Made by a program: the position numbers and the translations under genes. Under the pieces are notes generated by a model. It was not told the DNA's origin. It worked only from the letters and a program-made list of their open reading frames with translations, and made no database searches. Of a stretch of DNA of 64,000 bases, positions 37,100-45,972 are shown in pieces. The stretch comes from an uncultured Gemmatimonadales bacterium (GTDB taxonomy: Bacteria > Gemmatimonadota > Gemmatimonadetes > Longimicrobiales > RSA9): positions 352,001-416,000 of the forward strand of contig CAWCUS010000001.1 of NCBI GenBank assembly GCA_963798845.1, in the 5' to 3' direction. Position 1 is the stretch's first letter. Each line of letters opens with the position of its first letter.

Positions 37100-37608
37100 C
37101 TATCAAAACCCTTCAAAACGAGATGGCGACCGTGTTGCGGGCGCTGGAGCCGGGAGACCGGCCGGCGCTCGAGCGGCTGGTCCGATCCGTGGAGCTGTTC
37201 AGCGCCGCGGAGAAGGACGTGGCGATGGAAGTGCTGGACGGATACATGGAGCACCCCGGGAAGGACTACCACGCGCTGGGCGCCTTCACCCACAGTGGCG
37301 ACCTCCTGGGCTACGCGTGCTACGGCCCCACGCCGTGCACCGAGGGCACCTGGGACCTCTACTGGATCGCCGTGTCCGGGGAGTCCCGGGGCCGAGGCAT
37401 CGGAACCCTGCTGATGGAGGAGATTGAACGAAGGCTCGTCGAACAACACGCTCGACTCGTGCTCATCGAGACCGCCTCGCGCGCCGACTACGCCCCTACC
37501 CGGGCGTTCTACGAGCGGCGCGACTACCAGGTGGTCGCACGGGTCCCGGATTTCTATGCGCCGGGCGACGATCGCGTGATCTTCGCCCGCACCTTCCCCA
37601 GCGTTTGA
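37096..37608 (+). CDS. GNAT N-acetyltransferase
   Basis: DLYWIAV..RGRGIGTLLM acetyl-CoA motif A; TRAFYERRDY. Confidence 0.92.
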   Translation: MTIKTLQNEMATVLRALEPGDRPALERLVRSVELFSAAEKDVAMEVLDGYMEHPGKDYHALGAFTHSGDLLGYACYGPTPCTEGTWDLYWIAVSGESRGRGIGTLLMEEIERRLVEQHARLVLIETASRADYAPTRAFYERRDYQVVARVPDFYAPGDDRVIFARTFPSV

Positions 37609-37622
37609 CCGACGAGAGAGAA

Positions 37623-39092
37623 ATGTCCAACTGGCAAGAGACCCTGAGGCAGAGCGTCACGACGGTAGACGATCTGATCGACCGCTTCGGTGCCGAGAAC
37701 GTGGACCGTGAAGCGGTCGAGAAGGCCATCGAGAAGTTCAACCTTCGCATCACCCCGGCCGCGCTTGCGCAGATCAAGGCGCCGGGCGACTGGGCATGGA
37801 ACCAGTACGTACCCACGGGCGCGGAGAACGAGGTCGTGGACGGGATCGTCGACTCGCTGGACGAAGACGCGGACTCGCCCGTCCCGAACATCACGCACCG
37901 CTACCCGGACCGCGTGCTGTTCCTGGTCTCGCCGGTGTGCTCCACCTACTGCCGGTTCTGCACGCGCCGACGGAAGGTGGGCGACCCGGAGAAGATCCCG
38001 CTGAACCAGTTCGACGCCGCGTTCGCATACCTGCGCGAGCATACGGAAGTGCGCGACGTGGTGCTCTCCGGCGGCGATCCGTTCATGCTGAGCGACCGGC
38101 GAATCGAGTACTTCCTCTCGACACTGCGCGCCATCCCGCACATCGAGATCATCCGAATCCACTCCCGGGTGCCCAACCACCTCCCCGAACGTGTCACGCC
38201 CGAGCTGGCGGACATGATCAGGAAGTACCACCCGGTGTACGTGAACGTGCACTTCAACCACCCGGACGAGCTCACGCCGGAGTCCATGAAGGCGCTCGGC
38301 CTGCTGGCAGACGCCGGCATCCCGCTCGGTTCCCAGAGCGTGCTGCTCAAGGGCGTGAACGACGACCCGGCGATCATGAAGCGGCTGATGCAGCGGCTCC
38401 TCGTCGCCCGCGTGAAGCCGTACTACATCTACCAGGCGGACGTGGTGGCCGGCGGCGAGCACTTCCGCACGTCCGTGCAGAAGGGGATCGAGATCATCCA
38501 GGCGATCCGCGGCTGGACTTCCGGGCTCGGCGTCCCGCACTACGTCATTGACGCCCCCGGCGGCGGCGGCAAGATCCCGATCCTGCCCGAGTACGTGCAG
38601 GCGGTCACCGACAGCGAGATCGTGCTCCGCAACTACGCGGGCGAGGAGTTCCGCTACCCGCTCCCGCAGGAGCCTGCGCGCGTCGGCAACGGGTGCGACA
38701 TCCCGAGCATCCCGAGCCGCATCGCCGCCCGCACCGCCCGCTCCGGCGGCGTCGCCGGCGCCGGCAAGAACGAGAACGGGCGGGCGCGGCACAAGAAGGC
38801 GGCGAGCGCCCAGGCCAACGCCAACCGCAGCGGCGGGGCCGCAGGCCGGTCCAGCCGCCCGTCCAATGGGAACGGCCGCAAAGCCGACCGCGCGATCGGC
38901 ACGTCCGGGCCGAGCAACGGCGGCGGAAATGGCGGACCGAGGATATCCTCTGACGGCGGCGCGGGCTCGAACGGCAACCGCCAGCCCAGGACGAACGGCA
39001 ACGGGCACCGGAACGGCCGCGGGAACGGCCACGCCGACCCGGCTCAGATCACCATCGAGACGCTGGGCGGCATCGTGCCGATGGACGTGTAG
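37623..39092 (+). CDS. kamA: KamA-family radical SAM/PLP aminomutase (lysine 2,3-aminomutase-like) with Gly/Asn-rich tail
   Basis: THRYPDRVL, CSTYCRFCTRRR, SGGDP, HFNHP, QSVLLKGVND, PYYIYQAD, YVIDAPGGGGK. Confidence 0.93.
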   Translation: MSNWQETLRQSVTTVDDLIDRFGAENVDREAVEKAIEKFNLRITPAALAQIKAPGDWAWNQYVPTGAENEVVDGIVDSLDEDADSPVPNITHRYPDRVLFLVSPVCSTYCRFCTRRRKVGDPEKIPLNQFDAAFAYLREHTEVRDVVLSGGDPFMLSDRRIEYFLSTLRAIPHIEIIRIHSRVPNHLPERVTPELADMIRKYHPVYVNVHFNHPDELTPESMKALGLLADAGIPLGSQSVLLKGVNDDPAIMKRLMQRLLVARVKPYYIYQADVVAGGEHFRTSVQKGIEIIQAIRGWTSGLGVPHYVIDAPGGGGKIPILPEYVQAVTDSEIVLRNYAGEEFRYPLPQEPARVGNGCDIPSIPSRIAARTARSGGVAGAGKNENGRARHKKAASAQANANRSGGAAGRSSRPSNGNGRKADRAIGTSGPSNGGGNGGPRISSDGGAGSNGNRQPRTNGNGHRNGRGNGHADPAQITIETLGGIVPMDV

Positions 39093-39108
39093 CCTCGCGG
39101 ACGCGTCC

Positions 39109-39376
39109 GAGCGCTGGCGTCGGCCCGGCGGCCGGCGGAGGGTTGGCTTAGCCCGGCGGCGGCGGAGCGCTGGCCCCGGCCCGGCGGCGCCCGAGCGCTG
39201 GCCCCGGCCCGGCGGCCGGCGGAGCGCTGGCGTCGGCCCGGCGGCGGCCGAGCGCTGGCGTCGGCCCGGCGGCCGGCGGAGGGTTGGCTTAGCCCGGCGG
39301 CGGCGGAGCGTTGGCTTAGCCCGGCGGCGCCCGAGCGCTGGCCCCGGCCCGGCGGCGCCCGAGCGCTGGCGTCGGG
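39109..39376. repeat. About 10 degenerate 27-29 bp tandem units GAGCGCTGGC(GTC/CCC)GGCCCGGCGGC
   Basis: Direct reading; variants with GGTTGGCTTAGCC. Confidence 0.9.
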
Positions 39377-39561
39377 CGGGAACCTGGCAAACGCCCGTCG
39401 TCGCCAGCCCTTCTGAGGCGCCTCGGGGGTTTCCCGCGCTATGTCCTGGAAACTCCCGAAGCGCCTCCAGCAGCCAGATCGATTGGGGGATTCCCCGGAC
39501 CAAGGGCAGGAAAGGCCCCAGACGCACCCAAACGCGCCGCGGGCACGGGAGTTCTCCGCAG

Positions 39562-39890
39562 CAGGCGGGCTCCGCCTTCGAGGCCAGGCGGGCTCCGCCT
39601 TCCCGGCGCCAGGCGGCCTCGGCCTTCGAGGCCAGGCGGGCTCCGCCTTCCCGGCGCCAGGCGGCCTCGGCCTTCGAGGCCAGGCGGGCTCCGCCTTCGC
39701 GGCCAGGCGGGGTCGGCGTTCGAGGCCAGGCGGGCTCCGCCTTCGAGGCCAGGCGGCCTCGGCCTCTGCGGCCAGGCGGCCTCGGGGCTTCCGCGCCAGG
39801 CGGCCTCGACCTCCGCGGCCAGGCGGCCTCGGGGCTTCGGCGCCAGGCAGCCTCGGGGCTTCCGCGCCCGGCGGGCTCGGCCTTCCGCGC
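39562..39890. repeat. About 14 degenerate 23-25 bp tandem units CAGGCGG(GCTCCGCC/CCTCGGCC)TTCGAGGC
   Basis: Direct reading; ends at the stop codon of the convergent gene. Confidence 0.9.
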
Positions 39891-41320
39891 TAGGCGCCCT
39901 CGTCCAGTCTGATGAGCGCCGGGGCCAACACGGTCGCGGGGTCGCCGCCGGCCGGGGTTTCAACGACACGGACCACGGGGCGTCCCTTGACGGTCATGCG
40001 GTCCACGGTCCCGGCCCGCCCGGGGCGGGCGGCGAGGACGCGGCGGTAGTCGGTGGCGAAGCGGTCGGCGGAGGCGTCGTCGTCCCACACGGAGTACCAG
40101 ACCAGCGCCTGTCGGCCGTCGGGGCCGTCCAGGAGCGCGTAGCGGTCACCGTCCCAGCCGCGGGCGAAGTCGACGCCGGCCGCGCCCGGCCGAGCGCCCT
40201 CCCCATTCCGTGGGGCGCCGGCCGCGCCCGGCCGAGCGCCCTCCCCATTCCGCCGGGCGCCGGCCGCCCGGGGCGAACCGTCGGCGGCGGCCTCATCTCC
40301 GAGGTACTCGTCGAGGATGATGGACGTCTCGAGCTCGCCGAAATCGTTGGCGTAGGCCACGCTCCAGCCGTCGCCGGGAGCGCCCAGGTAGAGCGTGGTG
40401 GGCGCGTCGCGCGAGTCGATGAAGCGGTCCACGGGTCGCAGGACCTGCTCGGTGGACTGCGGAAGGAGGTCGCCGAAGGGGATGGGGATGTCGTCGCCCC
40501 GGCGGTGGCGAAAAAGCGCCTGCACGAACACGGCGCCGCCCATGTAGGGGAAGATGAGCGTCTCCCGGATGATGCGAGGGGCGCGCTGGAAGACGGGGTA
40601 GCGGTCGTTATGCCCCTCGATGGCCGGACGAAGGAGGCCGCGCATGTCAGGGAGGGTGCCCGGGTCGACGCGCTTGCCGGTTGCCCGCGCGGTCTGGAGG
40701 GCGGCCATGACCAGCGTCGCCTGCCCCTCGGCCGCGGCCTGCGCGGCCATCTGGCGGTCGTTGCCGCGCTCCCGCGACACCAGGGAGTCCAGGTCGGTGT
40801 ACTGGTCCTGGAGCGCGTGCACCAGCTCGTGGGCGACCACCGGCGCAGCGGAGTCCGCGGCCACCCCCGCCAGCACGTAGAGCCGGTCCGACTTGGGATC
40901 GTAGTAGCCCACCACCTGCTCGGCGTACAGCTCCAGCAGGAGCACGCGCAGGTCCATGGTGTCCGGGATCAGCCCGAGCGCGCGGTACACCCGCTCGGTC
41001 CCGCGCAGCTCCTCCGGGCCCATATCCTCGTCGAGCTGCGCGTCGATGAACGCCCGCGCGTCCGAGCGGGACTGGAGCGCGTACGCCACCGGGTGCTGCA
41101 CGGGCAGCCCGCTCGCCTTGGAGATCTCCGGGACCAGCGCGTCGATCATGGCCGCGAGCCCCGCCGAGTCCAGGGGCGCCCCCGGCGTCGAGCCCGCGCG
41201 GGCGACGCCGCCGCCCGCCTCCGAGCGCTGTCGGGCCGCCGCGCCGCCCCAGCTGTCGCAGGCGGCCTGGGACAGCGCGAGGGCCGCCACGGCGACGGCC
41301 GCGATGCTACGCCCCGTCAT
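39890..41320 (-). CDS. Putative lipoprotein zinc metallopeptidase (HExxH)
   Basis: Signal ending ALSQAAC; VVGYYDP, AHELVHALQDQ, AEGQAT, FPYMGG, GWDGDRY. Confidence 0.8.
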   Translation of the reverse strand: MTGRSIAAVAVAALALSQAACDSWGGAAARQRSEAGGGVARAGSTPGAPLDSAGLAAMIDALVPEISKASGLPVQHPVAYALQSRSDARAFIDAQLDEDMGPEELRGTERVYRALGLIPDTMDLRVLLLELYAEQVVGYYDPKSDRLYVLAGVAADSAAPVVAHELVHALQDQYTDLDSLVSRERGNDRQMAAQAAAEGQATLVMAALQTARATGKRVDPGTLPDMRGLLRPAIEGHNDRYPVFQRAPRIIRETLIFPYMGGAVFVQALFRHRRGDDIPIPFGDLLPQSTEQVLRPVDRFIDSRDAPTTLYLGAPGDGWSVAYANDFGELETSIILDEYLGDEAAADGSPRAAGARRNGEGARPGAAGAPRNGEGARPGAAGVDFARGWDGDRYALLDGPDGRQALVWYSVWDDDASADRFATDYRRVLAARPGRAGTVDRMTVKGRPVVRVVETPAGGDPATVLAPALIRLDEGA

Positions 41321-41933
41321 CCTGGGCCTCGCGACGCTGCAGCGCCTCGCCGTCGGGATCCTCCGGTCCCGGCAGCCCCTCGCCATCCTCGTCCTCCCGC
41401 CCCTGCAGCGCCTCGCCATCCTCGTGCTCCCGGCCCAGCAGCGCTTCGCCCCGCCCCAGCGCGCGCATCCCCGGCGTCGGCGACGCTGCGGGTTCCTCGC
41501 GCAGCGACCGTCCGGTGGCCGGGTCCAGCAACTCCGGATCCAGCTCGAGGAGCGGCACCAGCACGAAGGGCCGGTCTCGCATCCGGGGATGCGGGATCGT
41601 GAGCCCGGGGCGGTCGATCCGCCGGTCATCGTAGAGCAGGATGTCGACGTCGAGCGTGCGCGGGCCGTTGCGTACGGTCCGCTCGCGCCCGCGCTCTCGT
41701 TCCAGGCGGCGCGCCAGGACGAGCAGCGCGTCGGGCGCCAGGGCAGTGTCGACGCGGGCCACCATGTTCAGGAAGCGGGGCTGCTCCGTGTAGCCCACCG
41801 GCTCGGTCTCGTAAACGGTCGACATGCCGGTGAGCTCGACGTCGGGCTCGCGGGCGAGGGCGCGGAGTGCGTGAGCCAGGTGACGCTCGCGCTCGCCGAC
41901 GTTGGTGCCGAGGCCGAGCCAGGCGGTGGCCAC
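41307..41933 (-). CDS. folK: 2-amino-4-hydroxy-6-hydroxymethyldihydropteridine diphosphokinase
   Basis: LGLGTNVG, YETEPVG, FLN, GPRTLDVDIL, LTIPHPRM..RPFVLVPL. Confidence 0.95.
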   Translation of the reverse strand: MATAWLGLGTNVGERERHLAHALRALAREPDVELTGMSTVYETEPVGYTEQPRFLNMVARVDTALAPDALLVLARRLERERGRERTVRNGPRTLDVDILLYDDRRIDRPGLTIPHPRMRDRPFVLVPLLELDPELLDPATGRSLREEPAASPTPGMRALGRGEALLGREHEDGEALQGREDEDGEGLPGPEDPDGEALQRREAQDDGA

Positions 41934-41943
41934 GTCGCCGCTA

Positions 41944-42333
41944 TCAGGCGCGGCCGTAGCGGTCCTGGAGCCGGACGACGTCGTCGAGCTCGGGCGTGGA
42001 CGCTTCCAGGATGTCCACGTCCGTGATCGCCGTCATGCGGTGCACCGTGCCGGGCGTGACGTGATAGCTCCCGCCCGTCTCCAGCGGCACTTCCGCCAGC
42101 GCCTCCACGCTGGGACCGGCCTCGAACTTCATGCGTCCGGTGAGCAGGTGGATGGTCTCGTCCTTCCGCTCGTGGTACTGGAGCGACAGGGCGTGGCCCG
42201 CCTTCACGTGCAGGATCTTGCCCACGTAGCGCCCGGTGTGCGCCCAGATCAGCTCATGGCCCCACGGCTTGTCCACGCGCACGGGCTGCGTCAGACCGCC
42301 CTTTTCCGCCGCCTTCCCGGCCGGCCCGCTCAT
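41944..42333 (-). CDS. Cupin-domain protein (type II PMI-like)
   Basis: VDKPWGHE, LSLQYHERKDE, HVTPGTVHRM, LEASTPELDDVVRLQDRYGR. Confidence 0.88.
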   Translation of the reverse strand: MSGPAGKAAEKGGLTQPVRVDKPWGHELIWAHTGRYVGKILHVKAGHALSLQYHERKDETIHLLTGRMKFEAGPSVEALAEVPLETGGSYHVTPGTVHRMTAITDVDILEASTPELDDVVRLQDRYGRA

Positions 42334-43574
42334 GCGACGAACCTCACGCGCGCGAACCGCCGCTTCCCCCGGCGGAAGACCTTCTCGTCCCCTTCATCCG
42401 CTATCACCATGGCGTTCCGATCCTCCACCGAGTCTCCGTCCACGGCCACCGCTCCCTGTTCGATGAGTCGCGCCGCCTCGCTGTTCGACGACGCCAGCCC
42501 CGCCACGACGAGGACGCCGGCCACCCAAACCTGCCCGTCCTCGTGACGGACGCGCTCGTCGCCGAGCCGGACGGCGATCTCCGGCATCTCGTCCGGGTCC
42601 TCCTTCTTCCGGAAGACCTGGTCGAAGTGCGCTTCTCCCGCCTTCGCGCCATTCTCCCCGTGGTACGTGGCCGTGATCAGCCTGGCCAGCGCCCGCTTGG
42701 CCGCGTACGGCTCGTCGCCGGCGTGGCCAAGGGCGGTCTCCAGGGCGTCGCCCGTCAGCCCGCTGGCCATCCGGTACCACTCGCCGATGAGCGTGTCGGG
42801 GATCGACATGGTCTTCCCGTACATCTCCTCCGGCGGCTCCGTGAGGCCGATGTAGTTGTCGTACGACTTCGACATCTTCTGCTCGCCATCCGTGCCCCGG
42901 AGCAGCGGCATGATCAGGCAGACCTGGGGCTCCTGCCCGTATCGCTCCTGAATGGTCCTCGCCACAAGCAGGTTGAACTTCTGGTCGCTCCCGCCCAGCT
43001 CCACGTCGGCGCCCAGCGCCACCGAGTCGTACGCCTGCATGAGCGGGTACATGAGCTCCATCATGGAGATCGGGCGGTTCTCCTTGAGCCGCTTCTCGAA
43101 GTCGTCCCGTTCCAGCATGCGGGCGACCGTGTAGCCCGCCGTGAGCTTGAGGATGTCCGCCAGGTTCAGCGGTGCCAGCCACTTCGAGTTCGGCTCCACG
43201 CGCACGCGGTCCACGTTCAGGATACGCCCCACCTGCTCCGCGTACGTGGCCGCGTTGGCCTCGATCTCCTCCGGCGACAGCGCCGGCCGGGTCTCGCTCC
43301 GCCCGCTCGGGTCCCCCACCCGGGCCGTGTAGTCGCCCACCACGAACACCACGCTGTGGCCCAGCTCCTGGAACGTGCGGAGCTTCCGCATGCTCACGGC
43401 GTGGCCGATGTGCAGGTCCGGCCGCGTGGGGTCGAAGCCCTGCTTGATGATCAGGGGCGTCCCCTGCTCCGAGCTCCGCTCCAGCTTCCGGACCAGGTCG
43501 ACTTCGGGGATGATCTCCAGCGCGTCGCGCCGGATCTCGTCCATCTGCTCGTTCACGGGTGGGAACTTCGGCAC
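42330..43574 (-). CDS. tyrS: Tyrosine--tRNA ligase
   Basis: GFDPT..LHIGH, YPLMQAYD, GGSDQKFN, KMSKS, C-terminal S4 domain. Confidence 0.97.
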   Translation of the reverse strand: MPKFPPVNEQMDEIRRDALEIIPEVDLVRKLERSSEQGTPLIIKQGFDPTRPDLHIGHAVSMRKLRTFQELGHSVVFVVGDYTARVGDPSGRSETRPALSPEEIEANAATYAEQVGRILNVDRVRVEPNSKWLAPLNLADILKLTAGYTVARMLERDDFEKRLKENRPISMMELMYPLMQAYDSVALGADVELGGSDQKFNLLVARTIQERYGQEPQVCLIMPLLRGTDGEQKMSKSYDNYIGLTEPPEEMYGKTMSIPDTLIGEWYRMASGLTGDALETALGHAGDEPYAAKRALARLITATYHGENGAKAGEAHFDQVFRKKEDPDEMPEIAVRLGDERVRHEDGQVWVAGVLVVAGLASSNSEAARLIEQGAVAVDGDSVEDRNAMVIADEGDEKVFRRGKRRFARVRFVA

Positions 43575-43657
43575 GTCTCTTCCCTTCGTGCGGTCGGGGC
43601 CGCGTCCACTGCCGTTCCTCTCCGGCGCCGTCGCGCGCGCGGGTGTCGGAACCGGGG

Positions 43658-43687
43658 AAGGTGCCGGGACCGTGCAGGGAGTGTCAA
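43658..43687 (-). promoter_or_regulatory. Putative sigma-70 promoter of tyrS
   Basis: TTGACA-18nt-CACCTT on the minus strand. Confidence 0.5.
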
Positions 43688-43696
43688 GCCGGTGGG

Positions 43697-43933
43697 GAAG
43701 GGACGAAGGGGACGAAGGGCACGACGTTAAGGCCTGACACGAAGCCCACGAAGAGACGAAGGGAACCGGGCTCGAGCGGGCGCGAGGGCGTGGCAGGCGG
43801 CTGGGGCCCGGCAGCGTCCGGGGAAAACAGAATGGATCGCCCCGCGCGTATCCGGGCGGCGAACCATCCTGGCCCGGAATGCGGCGGGGCTGCCGCTCTT
43901 CGTGCCCTTCGACCCTACGAGCCCTTCGTGTCA
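43697..43933. repeat. Inverted-repeat element built from ACGAAG 9-mers (REP/MITE-like)
   Basis: ACGAAGGGN units 43700-43763 versus CTTCGT units 43898-43933; TGACACGAAG/CTTCGTGTCA perfect inverted pair. Confidence 0.65.
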
Positions 43934-43989
43934 CGCCGTTCGGGCGGCCGGGCACACGCCCACATCCGCACCCGAGCCCCCCGGGCCGG

Positions 43990-44793
43990 CTACCACCCCC
44001 CCTTGATCCCCCTGAACATCAGCGGCCGCAGCCGTTTCCCCTTCTCCACGAAGTCGATGGTGTACGCCCGGATCTGCGGCCGCACCGGGCCGCCGTAGAA
44101 CTCGATGGCATAGAGCTCAGCGGGCTGTACCCCGAAGAGCATCTCCTCGGGCACGCGACGATCGTCGAGGAATACCGCGGGCTTCACCACGTTGCCGCGG
44201 TACCGCAAGCACAGCTTCCACGGCAGCGCGGTATCGCATGGCACGGGGAGGTACGGGCTGCGCCACCGGGCGGCGGTCAGCGCGTCGCTCGCCCCAACGC
44301 GCACCAGCTCCTCCCGCTCGATGGCCTTCACGGTTACCGGCGCCAGCCGCCGCCGCTCCTCCAGCCGCCTCGCCGTGACCCGGATCCGCTCGAGCTTCAC
44401 CGGCTGCGGCAGCAGGCCGATGGTGAGCATGTCCAGGTCCGCCACGCGCGTCCGCTCCTCCCAGGTGGCATACCCGAGCATCCGGATCCGCCACAGCTGC
44501 TCGCTCGCCGGCAGCCCACGCAGGAGGAAGCGGCCGTCGTCGTTCGTCACGGTGGTCCGGCCGAGCTCCGGCAGGCTCACGAGGGCGCCCGGGATGGCGG
44601 TGCCGCTCTGGATGTCCACCACGACGCCCGCGACCTCGATGGTGTCCGCCGGGATCGTGCGCTGTGCCCCGACCGCCGCCGGTGCCATGGCGAGCGCAGC
44701 CGTCGCCAGCACGGCCTGCCAGGAACGGGAGCGAGGCGATGTCGCACGGCTCGTCGCCGGTCGCCGGGTGGGTGAGGCGAGGAAGGTCAGCAT
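43990..44793 (-). CDS. Secreted carboxypeptidase-regulatory-like domain + Plug-like domain protein
   Basis: GVVVDIQSGTAIPGALV..TNDDGRFLL..RMLGY; PAVFLDD..LYAIEFY; no beta-barrel. Confidence 0.75.
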   Translation of the reverse strand: MLTFLASPTRRPATSRATSPRSRSWQAVLATAALAMAPAAVGAQRTIPADTIEVAGVVVDIQSGTAIPGALVSLPELGRTTVTNDDGRFLLRGLPASEQLWRIRMLGYATWEERTRVADLDMLTIGLLPQPVKLERIRVTARRLEERRRLAPVTVKAIEREELVRVGASDALTAARWRSPYLPVPCDTALPWKLCLRYRGNVVKPAVFLDDRRVPEEMLFGVQPAELYAIEFYGGPVRPQIRAYTIDFVEKGKRLRPLMFRGIKGGW

Positions 44794-44926
44794 GGCATGG
44801 CTCCGTTCCGAACGTGGGCCCGGGCAGTCCCCGGTGTCAAGCACCACGCCGGCCGTGCCCGCGCTGGGGCGTCGGTATATCTTTGGTGTGAGCCGCACCG
44901 TTTCCACGCCCAACCGAAGGAGGCGT

Positions 44927-45457
44927 ATGGCTCGCCAGCAGAGTCGTTCCTCGGCCCCATCCGACGCGGAGCTGCGCGCGCAGCTCGGCCCCGCCCACTC
45001 AGCCTACCGCGCCCTCCTCGACGGCCACCCGGCGCTGACGCCCGAGTGGAAGTGGTACGGGAAGAAGAACGGCTGGAGCCTCAAGCTCCTGGACGGGAAG
45101 CGGAACCTGTGCTTCATCGGTCCGCACGAAGGCTACTTCAACGCCGGGTTCGTGTTCGGTCATGATGCGGTCAACCGCGCGCTGGAGAGCGAGTCGCTTC
45201 CGGCCGACATCAAGCGCCTGATCGCCGATGCGCCCACGCTCCCCGAAGGCCGGGGCTTCCGCCTCGAGGTCCGGGACGAGTCGCTGCTCCCGGCCATCTC
45301 GCACCTCCTCGAAATCAAGCGCGGCCCGAAGCCCGCGACGGCTGCGCACGAGCGCGCCGCCCAGGGCCACAGCGCCCGGGAAGCCGCGGTGCCCAGGCCG
45401 CCGAGCGCGCCCCGGGCGGACCTGCGCATGCCGTCGCACCGGCGAGGACGGGGCTAG
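44927..45457 (+). CDS. DUF3788-like protein
   Basis: EWKWYGKKNGWSLK..KRNLCFI..EGRG; AGGAGG RBS. Confidence 0.75.
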   Translation: MARQQSRSSAPSDAELRAQLGPAHSAYRALLDGHPALTPEWKWYGKKNGWSLKLLDGKRNLCFIGPHEGYFNAGFVFGHDAVNRALESESLPADIKRLIADAPTLPEGRGFRLEVRDESLLPAISHLLEIKRGPKPATAAHERAAQGHSAREAAVPRPPSAPRADLRMPSHRRGRG

Positions 45458-45972
45458 AAGGCGCGGCCGGAGGGCAGCGCACCGGCGCCCGCTTCTGCTT
45501 CCCGGAGGAGCGGCGGCAGCGGCTCGACCGTGACCCGGACCTCGGCGCCCGAGCCATCCCTGCCGTAGACCCGGATCCGCCCGGTTCCCGACTCCTCGAA
45601 CACGAGCGCGGCCGTGTGGACGATCTCCACCGGCATCATGGTGCAGTAGCCGCCGCGATGGTGGTTGTCGTACGGCGTGATCGTGGCGACGAGGCCATCC
45701 ACCCCCGTCTCCGTGCGCGCGCGTCCCCAGCAGCCGTCCGGCCCCGTGGTCGTCACGGTGACCTCGAACACGCTCCCGACCCCGACCGTGTCCGGAGCTT
45801 CGACGGACCGCACGCTCCCGAGAACCTCGTCCGTCTCGTCCACAAGCCCGCACCCGGCGGCCAGGAGCGCGGCGGCGCAGGCGGCGATCACTGTCGGGCG
45901 CACGCTCGTCCGCCCCGCCCCGCCCCTCGCGGACCCAGCCGTCCTCCTGCCCCGTCTCGCTTCACCGGTCAT
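45454..45972 (-). CDS. Hypothetical lipoprotein
   Basis: Lipobox LLAAGC; beta-rich with two Cys (DGCW, GYCT); start uncertain. Confidence 0.65.
   Translation of the reverse strand: MTGEARRGRRTAGSARGGAGRTSVRPTVIAACAAALLAAGCGLVDETDEVLGSVRSVEAPDTVGVGSVFEVTVTTTGPDGCWGRARTETGVDGLVATITPYDNHHRGGYCTMMPVEIVHTAALVFEESGTGRIRVYGRDGSGAEVRVTVEPLPPLLREAEAGAGALPSGRAF

Noticed and set aside
37623..39092. EpmB (EF-P beta-lysylation)
   Set aside because: No efp/epmA adjacent; the APGGGGK motif is LAM-type rather than EpmB-type
39109..39890. CRISPR array or protein-coding ORFs across the repeats
   Set aside because: Degenerate tandem units without spacers; ORFs are Arg/Pro/Gly low-complexity artefacts
43575..43990. 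T-box riboswitch upstream of tyrS
   Set aside because: No T-box (UGGNACC) consensus or U-tailed terminator on the minus strand; promoter appears close to the gene
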